Origin: a virus
Length of the DNA: 64,000 nucleotides
Direction: 5' to 3' (one strand)
Virus record (IMG/VR): IMGVR_UViG_3300046804_004538
Coordinates: 7,212 to 71,211 of that record
Position 1 is the first letter of the stretch. Each line of letters starts with the position of its first letter. The notes under the pieces were generated by a model. That model ran no database searches and was not told where the DNA came from. It saw nothing but the letters and a program-made list of their open reading frames with translations. The translations under genes and the position numbers were made by a program. Below, one piece after another: positions 40,944-48,729 of this stretch.

Positions 40944-41491
40944 GAACTCTTCTTTGCTTTATTGTAGAATAAATGTCTGCCTATTTGTGCAGTGTACTTC
41001 ATATTATTCCAACCAGGTTTTACATAGTCTGCATGAAAGAACAAAGCACCTCTTGTTGGATCTTTAAACTTCTCAGTATAAAGATAAAACGCCAATGCTA
41101 ACTCAGTAACACTATTGTACAACGAATTACTCTCTAGTGTCAAGAGGCCTTTTCGCATCATATCCTTAGGACGATTTTCACATACCCATGAAAACTGGCA
41201 AACAGTGCCGACTTTTTGTTTGACTACACCACAATACGTGTCAGGAAATGTTCCAGAGTTTACACGATTGTATGTAACGAATGCTACAGCAAGTTGACCT
41301 AATCGTGGTTCTAAACCTGCTTCAAAATACATGTTCTGTGCAAGACATTCTACTTCTGATCTTGCTTGTGGTGATAAATCTTCTAGTTGTACTTTGGGTT
41401 GAACTGGCACATTTATTTGTGCGGCGGCATGACCAATGTATACAACGAATGCTGCAAAGATACTACAAATTAATAGTGTGATGTAACGCAT
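40940..41491 (-). CDS. Cell wall hydrolase, SleB/Hydrolase_2 family, with N-terminal signal/anchor
   Basis: CLA.N.YFEA..E...GQ.AV..VT.NRV....FP...C.VV.Q, CQFSW.C, DPT.GAL.FHADYV.P.W and IG.H.FY motifs. Confidence 0.92.
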   Translation of the reverse strand: MRYITLLICSIFAAFVVYIGHAAAQINVPVQPKVQLEDLSPQARSEVECLAQNMYFEAGLEPRLGQLAVAFVTYNRVNSGTFPDTYCGVVKQKVGTVCQFSWVCENRPKDMMRKGLLTLESNSLYNSVTELALAFYLYTEKFKDPTRGALFFHADYVKPGWNNMKYTAQIGRHLFYNKAKKSS

Positions 41492-41510
41492 ATTTCTCCT
41501 TGTTAGTTAG

Positions 41511-41530
41511 AGAGATGCCGAAGCATCTCT
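41511..41530 (-). other. cUUCGg hairpin upstream of the SleB-like gene (no U tract)
   Basis: Minus strand AGAGATGC-TTCG-GCATCTCT. Confidence 0.65.
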
Positions 41531-41537
41531 GTTCCCA

Positions 41538-41810
41538 TCAGGCAGCTTTTTTGCTTTGTGTTTTTTCTGCTGTAATGTTAGATACGAATCCATTCAAGGC
41601 TTGTGCCTTAGTAATGATTTCGTTTTCTGTGGGATAAGTTGGAAAGGCTGGGTGTTCAGGTATTGCTTGTCCATTTAGTTTAGCGGACTCTACCTTTACA
41701 TGCCATTCATTGGTTAGGCGATCTTTGCTAGAATGATACTCTTCTAACAAAAGTTCTTTCGCCATTTTTAGAAGTTCAAGACGAATCTCAAACGGTGTAA
41801 GATTACTCAT
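41538..41810 (-). CDS. Conserved hypothetical protein (PFEIRLELLKMA family)
   Basis: 90-aa ORF with AGGAG SD and an upstream TAAATA box. Confidence 0.8.
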   Translation of the reverse strand: MSNLTPFEIRLELLKMAKELLLEEYHSSKDRLTNEWHVKVESAKLNGQAIPEHPAFPTYPTENEIITKAQALNGFVSNITAEKTQSKKAA

Positions 41811-41868
41811 GTGTTTACTCCTGTGTGTGTTATACTGGCGAATTGTGTGTGTGATGCCAGTCTTTTAT

Positions 41869-42063
41869 TTAGTCATTTTTTTCTTCAACTAATTTTTGTC
41901 TGCGATGATATTCTTTTACGATAAATTTATGCACACCTTTTTTCATATTATTAAAAAGAAATGCTTGTTCTTGTTTTGATAAATTTGAAAAATTAGGCTC
42001 TATAATATTCAACACAGCTAAAGCGATTTCTTTTTGTATTTTTCTATCAATCTTCATCATCAA
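41869..42063 (-). CDS. Hypothetical protein
   Basis: 64-aa ORF coupled to the upstream stop. Confidence 0.55.
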   Translation of the reverse strand: MMMKIDRKIQKEIALAVLNIIEPNFSNLSKQEQAFLFNNMKKGVHKFIVKEYHRRQKLVEEKND

Positions 42064-42770
42064 TCCCAGAGTCCACGATAGTATTTACCAAATAGACGAA
42101 AACCATTATCCATTCGGTCATAAATTTTTTGCATACCATCATAATCACATTGGTATGTGTGATTAGGACCATCTACCATAGTTGATAAATTAGGATTGTC
42201 TTCACAAGGAACAAACTTCATATCAATCACACCTGAACGATATGCTTCTTCCCATGAATCGTCAAGCAGATGTTCAAAGGCAAAAATCATTTCATTCAAC
42301 ACCCATTCCCAACGGCGATGTGTAATATCCCACGATTCTTTTTGGAATTGCTCATCATCTTCAAACTTCAATCTGAATTGTGATGAGCCATCATCATAGC
42401 CAGTTATACGAAGTTCTTCTGGCACATCTTCAATGTCAACCATAGGTGAACCATGTTTTGTTGCTTGAAGTTGTTTGAGCATTGGCAAAATAATATTTGC
42501 CAGTGTGTGATCCATTGACCATATATCATACTTGTCAATGCGTACTTTGATTTTGCGTTTCTTGTGACTGTCAATCCAATTAAAGAAATCATTCAACCAA
42601 GATGATTTGCCGTTTTTATCTTCAGCCAGCCAAGTGCCGAAATCATGAACCCATTCTGGATGCCGTTTGAATCCGTACTCATCAGGTACTTTTTTTACCC
42701 AAAAGCAAAGTAGTTCTGCTAATTGGTAAGGACCAAACCAATTTGTATAAGGACCAATATAAACACGCAT
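42060..42770 (-). CDS. Conserved hypothetical phage protein
   Basis: Start moved to MRVYIGPY because the longer call overlaps the tmRNA; D..D.WSMD.TLA.II.PML.QL...KHG.P and G..LFGKYY..LWD motifs. Confidence 0.75.
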   Translation of the reverse strand: MRVYIGPYTNWFGPYQLAELLCFWVKKVPDEYGFKRHPEWVHDFGTWLAEDKNGKSSWLNDFFNWIDSHKKRKIKVRIDKYDIWSMDHTLANIILPMLKQLQATKHGSPMVDIEDVPEELRITGYDDGSSQFRLKFEDDEQFQKESWDITHRRWEWVLNEMIFAFEHLLDDSWEEAYRSGVIDMKFVPCEDNPNLSTMVDGPNHTYQCDYDGMQKIYDRMDNGFRLFGKYYRGLWD

Positions 42771-42787
42771 GATGTATCTCTGAATAT

Positions 42788-43095
42788 GATGTGGACTGTT
42801 TTGGTAATAAGGTACAGCCCACTTAAACCCCAGCAAGGCTATTTAAGCAGCCATTGCGTAGTAATTATCGTTTGCAGATAATTTATTTGCTTGATTTACA
42901 GTCATCGCCTACTGTGTTGCCTTCTCCACTATCTCACCCTGTCGAAACCAGGTCACCCCCATCAAAAGCACACAATCCCCACTAGAGCCCTCAGAGGTTT
43001 CTTTCATCTAGGACAACTATGTGCTTTTGGTGGAGGTGGGCGGAATTGAACCGCCGTCCAGAATGCCTTCACTTCGAAGGAGTTACAACAATTCT
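42788..43095 (-). ncRNA. ssrA: Two-piece (circularly permuted) tmRNA
   Basis: Acceptor piece ...GGCGGTTCAATTCCGCCCACCTCCACCA ends at 43028 and comes first. A 67-nt hairpin spacer follows, then the coding piece from 42960 (GGGGGTGACCTGGTTTCGAC). G3.U70 pair present. Tag 42875-42843 reads ANDNYYAMAA*. Outer ends are approximate. Confidence 0.93.
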
Positions 43096-43248
43096 TTCTT
43101 GTAGCACACAACGTGCCACGATGTAATCTCTATAACGCACGATTGTTGATGCCACTTCATGGCATTCCTCATATGTATCAAAAGTTTTCCATTGTGATTC
43201 TGTAACTGAACCTGAAATGATAACCGTTACAATGAGTGCGTATAGCAT
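43069..43248 (-). CDS. Small hypothetical protein (59 aa) overlapping the tmRNA acceptor piece
   Basis: Hand translation MLYALIVTVIISGSVTESQWKTFDTYEECHEVA...C...; its ATG overlaps the upstream TAA. Confidence 0.55.
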   Translation of the reverse strand: MLYALIVTVIISGSVTESQWKTFDTYEECHEVASTIVRYRDYIVARCVLQERIVVTPSK

Positions 43249-43559
43249 TATGCCCTTTTTATTTTTCTCTCCAATTCATGTAATCTGTTCATACCAGTTT
43301 CTTGCAAATCATAATCATGAAGAGGTTCAACTGGATCATCAATAACTTTATATTTTAGTTTATCAAATTCTTTATGAAACTCGTTGCGTCTTTCGGCATC
43401 CCAACTCATACAATGAAAAAATCCACTCTTTGGATGAGCAGAAACATTTTTATCATAATAGTCCATGTATCTTGCACGATACTTAGACAATTCCGAAAAT
43501 AATAAAGAATCTTTGTGACTCTTCTTTATCTCATCAATTAATTCTTTCAAGTAACTCAT
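43248..43559 (-). CDS. Hypothetical protein
   Basis: 103-aa ORF in operon context. Confidence 0.65.
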   Translation of the reverse strand: MSYLKELIDEIKKSHKDSLLFSELSKYRARYMDYYDKNVSAHPKSGFFHCMSWDAERRNEFHKEFDKLKYKVIDDPVEPLHDYDLQETGMNRLHELERKIKRA

Positions 43560-43573
43560 TATAAAATATCTCT

Positions 43574-44119
43574 TTACTTATATGCTGTAAAAGTTTGATT
43601 TGGACCAAGCCTTGTTCTACCTTTACCTCTTTCTTCACCAGGCTTCACTTTAACATTGTAATGCACTTTACCTTGGTTTTCAACTTTACCTGATTTAGCA
43701 GAAGCATCAAGATGGTGCCAACTACCTTCATGTGAGGTGTGATGAACAGCCAGAATAGATTCTTGTTTATGCTTGTTGCCAACATTTTTTAAAGCATGAA
43801 CCATTTTATTATGACCTTCTTTACCTTTTTCAGCGGCATGAACTACATATGAGCCTTCATGACTCACTTCATGTTCACCACCGTATTGATATTCACCTTT
43901 ATGTGGTCCAGACCAACCACCTATATGTCCAGATTTACGGGCATGTTCTAGGTCTTTCTGCATCTCAGTGTGGGCTGCTTTTTTCTTCTCCGGAGTATTC
44001 GTGTGAGGACCTTCGGGAGACAATGCTCCAATACTATGCCCGGAGGCCAAATGTTTATTTACTTTTTGTTGAAGTGGATTACCTTCATCTAGTTGTACGT
44101 GTTGTTTGAATGATAGCAT
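43574..44119 (-). CDS. His-rich protein, possible internal head (ejected) protein
   Basis: MLSFKQHVQLDE N-terminus, GGAGG SD and an upstream GATAAATA late-like box. Confidence 0.6.
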   Translation of the reverse strand: MLSFKQHVQLDEGNPLQQKVNKHLASGHSIGALSPEGPHTNTPEKKKAAHTEMQKDLEHARKSGHIGGWSGPHKGEYQYGGEHEVSHEGSYVVHAAEKGKEGHNKMVHALKNVGNKHKQESILAVHHTSHEGSWHHLDASAKSGKVENQGKVHYNVKVKPGEERGKGRTRLGPNQTFTAYK

Positions 44120-44134
44120 AGTGCCTCCGACTTG

Positions 44135-44800
44135 TCAAGCATATTTATCAATATACTCAATCAATGGTTGCCGATAATCATGTATCTGTCGCTCAAACAC
44201 CTGTGCAGGTCCTTCTTCGGTAGCAATCAATACCACAATGTCATCAATCCAAATACCAGTTCTTTCGGCAAACATCAGCGCATATGCTGTACACTGCATA
44301 AAGTAGTTTTGAATGTAGTCTTCATCTTTTTGTTTCGTGGAAGTCTTATAGTCAATGACTGACAATTTGCCATTCCATTCAGCAATTAAGTCTACACGGC
44401 CAGCAATACGATATTTGTCGGAATAAAGTGCTTGTTCTTGTGCATAAACTTGACCAACATTTTCATCAATTTTAGGTTTGATTTTGAAGAATAATTCTTT
44501 CAAGTCAGGCATCAATAACTGCATCTTGAATTCGTTTATTTCATTCTTCAGGTAGTCTTCACATATCTTGTGTACCTTTGTACCACGATTTGATGCCTTG
44601 CGTGACACTTCATTTGCTCGTTCCTCACCAACTGCTTTACGCCATTCATATATGCCTTGCTTATTGTAATGAGAAAGCACCGTAGTGATAGACTTATACT
44701 TGTTGCCTTCTGGCGTAGTATACAGTCTACCACTATCGGTGGTTTCCGCTGTTAAGTCAAATTGTAACTGTGGTAAACTTACATGTTCAAATATTCGCAT
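44135..44800 (-). CDS. PD-(D/E)XK exonuclease (T4-like exonuclease A/Cas4-like fold)
   Basis: R.Y.TP.G..Y.S.TTVL, RGT.VH..CE.Y, AGRVD.I......S.ID.KTS and YF.Q..AYA motifs. Confidence 0.88.
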   Translation of the reverse strand: MRIFEHVSLPQLQFDLTAETTDSGRLYTTPEGNKYKSITTVLSHYNKQGIYEWRKAVGEERANEVSRKASNRGTKVHKICEDYLKNEINEFKMQLLMPDLKELFFKIKPKIDENVGQVYAQEQALYSDKYRIAGRVDLIAEWNGKLSVIDYKTSTKQKDEDYIQNYFMQCTAYALMFAERTGIWIDDIVVLIATEEGPAQVFERQIHDYRQPLIEYIDKYA

Positions 44801-44979
44801 TATGTAAAGTAGTGATTTCGGCTGTGGTGTGGATAACTTTGTCTTGGATACTTCTTTTCTATCTTTGCAGGATCTTCTTTTTCTATTTGTGTTATTTCTG
44901 TGGTCATTTCTCTTTCAATCTCTTTTGTGATGTAGTCATTCAGTAGTGCTACTTTTTTCTGCAAAGATTTTTTAGCCAT
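44800..44979 (-). CDS. Small hypothetical protein (59 aa)
   Basis: Hand translation MAKKSLQKKVALLNDYITKEIERE...; AGGAG SD; its stop overlaps the exonuclease ATG. Confidence 0.6.
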   Translation of the reverse strand: MAKKSLQKKVALLNDYITKEIEREMTTEITQIEKEDPAKIEKKYPRQSYPHHSRNHYFT

Positions 44980-45013
44980 ATATGCTCCTTGTGCTAAGGT
45001 TCACATAATGTAA

Positions 45014-45319
45014 TTACTGCCCAAACTTTCCTAAATGTTTATCTACAATTCTTTGTGTTTGTGATTCTTTGACACCTTTTTTACCGTGTTTATTGGCAAC
45101 TGAAGATTGTTTGTGACTTTCTGATACTTTAGACAGAACTTCTTTGAAACCGTCTGGTACTTTACCAGTGATTGATACGCCACTGACAATTGACATGGCG
45201 CCAAGATGAACTTGTTGAATGTGTGGATTTTCTTTGAGAAAATCTTCTTTAGCAGAGATGCTCAGAAGTTTCTCAAATGTATCACCTGTTTCTGTATTAT
45301 AAAAATCGTATGTTGGCAT
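45014..45319 (-). CDS. FmdB-like small protein (Cys-less variant)
   Basis: MPTY.F....TG..FE......FL..NP...Q and PDGF.EVL.K pattern; start moved to MPTY. Confidence 0.7.
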   Translation of the reverse strand: MPTYDFYNTETGDTFEKLLSISAKEDFLKENPHIQQVHLGAMSIVSGVSITGKVPDGFKEVLSKVSESHKQSSVANKHGKKGVKESQTQRIVDKHLGKFGQ

Positions 45320-45324
45320 TAATC

Positions 45325-45867
45325 TTATATAGTCAAATACCATTCTGGCGCCGGTCGTTTTGTCCACCGTGCAAAATGGGTTTTTTTCTCATTGTAATAT
45401 TTATGATATGATGCTAACGAATCATTCACTATCTTACAGTCATCAGGCATAGCTGGTGTTGGTTCAGTAAACACACCTTCACTTATGTTGTTCGGTAGTG
45501 CAATTATTGTACTCACTAGTCGTGTTTCAACCGAATGTGTTTTACCATAGCGATGAGTGTATTCTTTACACAGTGCATACCACATTTGATACAACCATGT
45601 GTAGTTGCTGTCATTCTGTCGTGCCCAAATATTTGATGGATGACTAATGTGTGATGCTTTCATCAAAACATCTTCACGTTTATCGGGCAAAAGCCAACGT
45701 TTGATTTTGCGATTGTTCGCAGTCAAATCGTAATACTCTTTACCATCAAGAATACGATGCGCCGTTGACATGAGTTGTGCATACTCAATAATCATTTTCA
45801 CCACGTGTTTATCACAGTGGTATTCGGCGCATTTCCGTGGATCAGGATGAAGATAAAAGATATTCAT
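45325..45867 (-). CDS. Pyrimidine-dimer DNA glycosylase (DenV)-like protein
   Basis: MNIFYL...P..CA..H.DKHVVKMI.E.AQL.STAH, H..HP...W.R, EYT.RYGK.H and P.AMP motifs. Confidence 0.8.
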   Translation of the reverse strand: MNIFYLHPDPRKCAEYHCDKHVVKMIIEYAQLMSTAHRILDGKEYYDLTANNRKIKRWLLPDKREDVLMKASHISHPSNIWARQNDSNYTWLYQMWYALCKEYTHRYGKTHSVETRLVSTIIALPNNISEGVFTEPTPAMPDDCKIVNDSLASYHKYYNEKKTHFARWTKRPAPEWYLTI

Positions 45868-46142
45868 CAGAAGCAGAGAAAGCGGCAGTTTGTATTCACA
45901 GTTTGTGGTGAAGATTTACTTTGTATCTGAACTTGATGCAACTCTTTGAGATGTTGCATTTTGAGTTCTTGCTCACGACGATCATTTTCACGCTGTATTG
46001 CTTCGATTTTTGCAATCTGCGTTTTGATTAAATCTTCATTATTTAATCCCTGTGGATTGTGTACAGGATCTTTAGTAATTGTGTTACACGCCGTTAATAG
46101 CAACAGCGGCACAAGAAAAATCAACTTACTTTTCGTTTTCAT
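45867..46142 (-). CDS. Predicted lipoprotein
   Basis: Basic N-terminus, hydrophobic stretch and LLTAC lipobox. Confidence 0.7.
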   Translation of the reverse strand: MKTKSKLIFLVPLLLLTACNTITKDPVHNPQGLNNEDLIKTQIAKIEAIQRENDRREQELKMQHLKELHQVQIQSKSSPQTVNTNCRFLCF

Positions 46143-46368
46143 CTTTGTCCTCCGGTGTCATTTTACCCATAATATAAACCAAACCAATAAACTGAACAGC
46201 GCCAGATGCACCAGCCATAGCCAAAAGAGCCATGAACACGGCAATTATGTAATACTTTTGGCGTTCAGTGAACAGATTGCCATAAAAATTTGCTGTAGTA
46301 ATTGCTTGAATGGCTTGATTTTCAAGTTGTAAATACTTGTCAACAAGCCATGCTTTGAACTTTGACAT
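46126..46368 (-). CDS. Small membrane protein
   Basis: Start moved to MSKFKAW (GAGGTG SD); C-terminal hydrophobic hairpin. Confidence 0.65.
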   Translation of the reverse strand: MSKFKAWLVDKYLQLENQAIQAITTANFYGNLFTERQKYYIIAVFMALLAMAGASGAVQFIGLVYIMGKMTPEDKDENEK

Positions 46369-46469
46369 TTTCACCTCATAAAAGAAGGGGCACGTGGATG
46401 TCTCCCGACATTCATTGTTGTTTAATGACAAGCCTATTGCACCGCTGACGGCTGCCACCCCGAAACTGA

Positions 46470-46904
46470 TTATTCGGTGATTTCGGTTACTTCATCCTCA
46501 ATCACAGGTGCAACGACCTTTGCAGGTTTTGTTGCTTTAGCCTTAGCAGGTTTTGCATTCAAAGATGCCAGTGTTTTCACAGGCTTATTTGCAAATTTGC
46601 TGACGGAAGGCTTTAGTGTATTTTGACCAGGTACAAACGACTCGGCGCCAACAGACTTTAGATAGTCTTTGATAACTTGAGGATTTGTAATCTGATAGCC
46701 TGTTACATTACGACCATCTTTGATGACTTTTACGACACCATTGGTATTGGTCTTGATATGCCAAATGTATGTTGACAAGCGGTAAGTATAGATATCATTA
46801 CCAAGTTTAGATTCAATCTCATCTTTGGTAACAACATCACCTTCTTGCAACAATGTCAACAGTTTGACAAAAGGTGGCAAAGCGCCAGATTTGGTACGAG
46901 CCAT
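46470..46904 (-). CDS. Hypothetical basic protein, possibly winged-helix DNA-binding
   Basis: AGGAG SD; YRLSTYIW.I...G.VKV.KDGR.V..YQ; Lys/Ala/Pro-rich tail. Confidence 0.65.
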   Translation of the reverse strand: MARTKSGALPPFVKLLTLLQEGDVVTKDEIESKLGNDIYTYRLSTYIWHIKTNTNGVVKVIKDGRNVTGYQITNPQVIKDYLKSVGAESFVPGQNTLKPSVSKFANKPVKTLASLNAKPAKAKATKPAKVVAPVIEDEVTEITE

Positions 46905-46968
46905 AATAAAAACTCCTATTCAACGAATGAAACTATATGATAACATGATACTGTAACTTTGGCGACCA

Positions 46969-47361
46969 TTACAGCACCTCATTTTTCCGACCAAGTCCTG
47001 CCGGATTGATACCAGGAGTAACATAAACATAATTACCCTTGTGCATCGGAGCCGTACAGGATGCAACATCAGCCACAATCTCACGGTCGGAAGCAGTGAG
47101 TTTGTGAAAATCTTTCATAATACCAGTCTTCGTTAAAGCACCAAGGTGAGTGTCTGGAAGACTCGGAGCATGTGATACCTCACGCTTTACACGATATGGC
47201 ATCAGTGGCTTGTCTTTTACTTTCTTCGGTGCAGCAGCAGGAAACCGACCACCAGACGGCAGCGGAATCTTGTTGATTGACGAAATGAAGTCTTGCTGTT
47301 CTTGCAATTGCTTCTTCGTCAACTTCTTTTTCTTGGAACTGGAATATATACGAATCATCAT
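46969..47361 (-). CDS. Hypothetical basic early protein
   Basis: Directly behind a consensus sigma70 promoter; AP.HKGNY.Y motif. Confidence 0.7.
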   Translation of the reverse strand: MMIRIYSSSKKKKLTKKQLQEQQDFISSINKIPLPSGGRFPAAAPKKVKDKPLMPYRVKREVSHAPSLPDTHLGALTKTGIMKDFHKLTASDREIVADVASCTAPMHKGNYVYVTPGINPAGLGRKNEVL

Positions 47362-47370
47362 AACAATACC

Positions 47371-47399
47371 ATTATATCAAGGGTTGAGCCACTTGTCAA
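47371..47399 (-). promoter_or_regulatory. Sigma70 consensus (early) promoter
   Basis: TTGACA-N17-TATAAT, 9 nt before the ATG. Confidence 0.9.
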
Positions 47400-47752
47400 G
47401 AGGTAATCTTTTCTTTTACCTTAGTGATATGCTTACATTTGTTGTGATATTTGAAACCAATACAAGAGCAAGAAAAATGCTCATTTGATAATGTTACCAA
47501 ATACTCACCTTTTGAGCCGGCAACTTTGAACTTACGAATATTTGTTGTTGAACCTTTAAGTATTTTCAGATTAACAACATTTGCTAGATTGATAACAGAT
47601 ATTGGAAATTCTTTGTTACCAGTTTGCAAACAGAATTCGTTAGCATTTAGAAAACGATAGGGCTTGATAACGACACCAGTAAATGTTGTCGTTTTAGTAA
47701 TATAGCGACAGTCTACGGTGACCGTAGAACCAACAGAAGGCAGATTTTTCAT
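47396..47752 (-). CDS. SWIM zinc-finger protein
   Basis: GSKG.Y.V......SCSC.GF.....CKH motif. Confidence 0.8.
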   Translation of the reverse strand: MKNLPSVGSTVTVDCRYITKTTTFTGVVIKPYRFLNANEFCLQTGNKEFPISVINLANVVNLKILKGSTTNIRKFKVAGSKGEYLVTLSNEHFSCSCIGFKYHNKCKHITKVKEKITS

Positions 47753-47761
47753 AGTATATAC

Positions 47762-47790
47762 ATTATACTATGAGCGGCTATCTTTGTCAA
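47762..47790 (-). promoter_or_regulatory. Sigma70 consensus (early) promoter
   Basis: TTGACA-N17-TATAAT, 9 nt before the ATG. Confidence 0.9.
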
Positions 47791-47811
47791 GCGTGTTGTA
47801 TTTTTACAACA

Positions 47812-48054
47812 CTAATTTGTTGCTTTTTCTGTAATAATGGCAATTGAGTTTTGACGATCAATTGAAAGATAACCGTTACAGACAATATTCCAATCTTCTG
47901 ACTGTTCTTCTTTTTCACTTTGAACTGGAACGGTTATGTTCAGATGTTTGAACAAGTATTCTTTGTCACCCTCAAATACACGCCATACATGATCTGCGGT
48001 GCCACGACCTGGCTGACCTCTGCTTTTATTGAAACGAATTCGGTATTTGTTCAT
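47812..48054 (-). CDS. Hypothetical protein
   Basis: 80-aa ORF coupled (ATGA) to the oxygenase gene. Confidence 0.7.
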   Translation of the reverse strand: MNKYRIRFNKSRGQPGRGTADHVWRVFEGDKEYLFKHLNITVPVQSEKEEQSEDWNIVCNGYLSIDRQNSIAIITEKATN

Positions 48055-48686
48055 ATGATGTCATCTGCCGGTTTCATTGCAAAGTTTGTCTGTGCTTGTA
48101 CTACGGTCAAATTAAAGTGAACAAACTTTATTGGTTGATTTGATGCGTGTCGGGTAAATGAGTGAGCCAACCAAGAATTTGTAAGAATCAAAAGACCAGG
48201 CTTGGGTTCAAAGTTAATCATCTGACTAGCAATCGTAGCGATAGATGAATCTTTTTCGTAAAGGTCAAGTTGAACTTTACCGGGTCGTGGGTCGTGAAAT
48301 ACAACTCTTGAAGATTTGTCTGGAACTTTGAGAAAATAAAAACCAACAATTTGGGAACCATATCCATGTACATGTTGTTCCATCAATGAATGCTTATAGT
48401 GTTCTTGTGTCCACATTTCATTAAACATCACATCAAGGTTTTGCATATTGTAACCTTGGCTGTCTAATATATTCCAAGATGTTTGACCGACAAACTGTAC
48501 GAAGTCCTGAATCCTTGGGTCTTCGTAATAATTACCTGTCATCATCACAGGGTAAATGTCATCAACTTTTTTTTCTTTGTGTACTTTTGACAGTTCTTCT
48601 TCAGAAACTTGTATCACCGATTTCAGAAACTCTGGATGTTCGGCATAATAAATTGGACAAGCAAAATGATAAGCAGTGTTAAGCAT
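48051..48686 (-). CDS. 2OG-Fe(II) oxygenase-like protein (TIGR02466-type)
   Basis: W.Q......H.H.....GFYFL, F.DPR and P.PG......SWL.H motifs. Confidence 0.8.
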   Translation of the reverse strand: MLNTAYHFACPIYYAEHPEFLKSVIQVSEEELSKVHKEKKVDDIYPVMMTGNYYEDPRIQDFVQFVGQTSWNILDSQGYNMQNLDVMFNEMWTQEHYKHSLMEQHVHGYGSQIVGFYFLKVPDKSSRVVFHDPRPGKVQLDLYEKDSSIATIASQMINFEPKPGLLILTNSWLAHSFTRHASNQPIKFVHFNLTVVQAQTNFAMKPADDII

Positions 48687-48691
48687 AATGT

Positions 48692-48720
48692 ATTGTATCT
48701 CTCTTTGATTGAAAAGTCAA
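48692..48720 (-). promoter_or_regulatory. Sigma70-type promoter
   Basis: TTGACT-N17-TACAAT, 5 nt before the oxygenase ATG. Confidence 0.7.
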
Positions 48721-48729
48721 CTAACTATT

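Noticed and set aside
42771-42836. N-terminal extension of ORF 42060..42836
   Set aside because: It overlaps the structured 3' end of the tmRNA coding piece; MRVYIGPY at 42770 is the more plausible start.
44135-44800. CRISPR Cas4
   Set aside because: Lacks the four-Cys Fe-S pattern and any CRISPR context; fits the stand-alone T4-like exonuclease.
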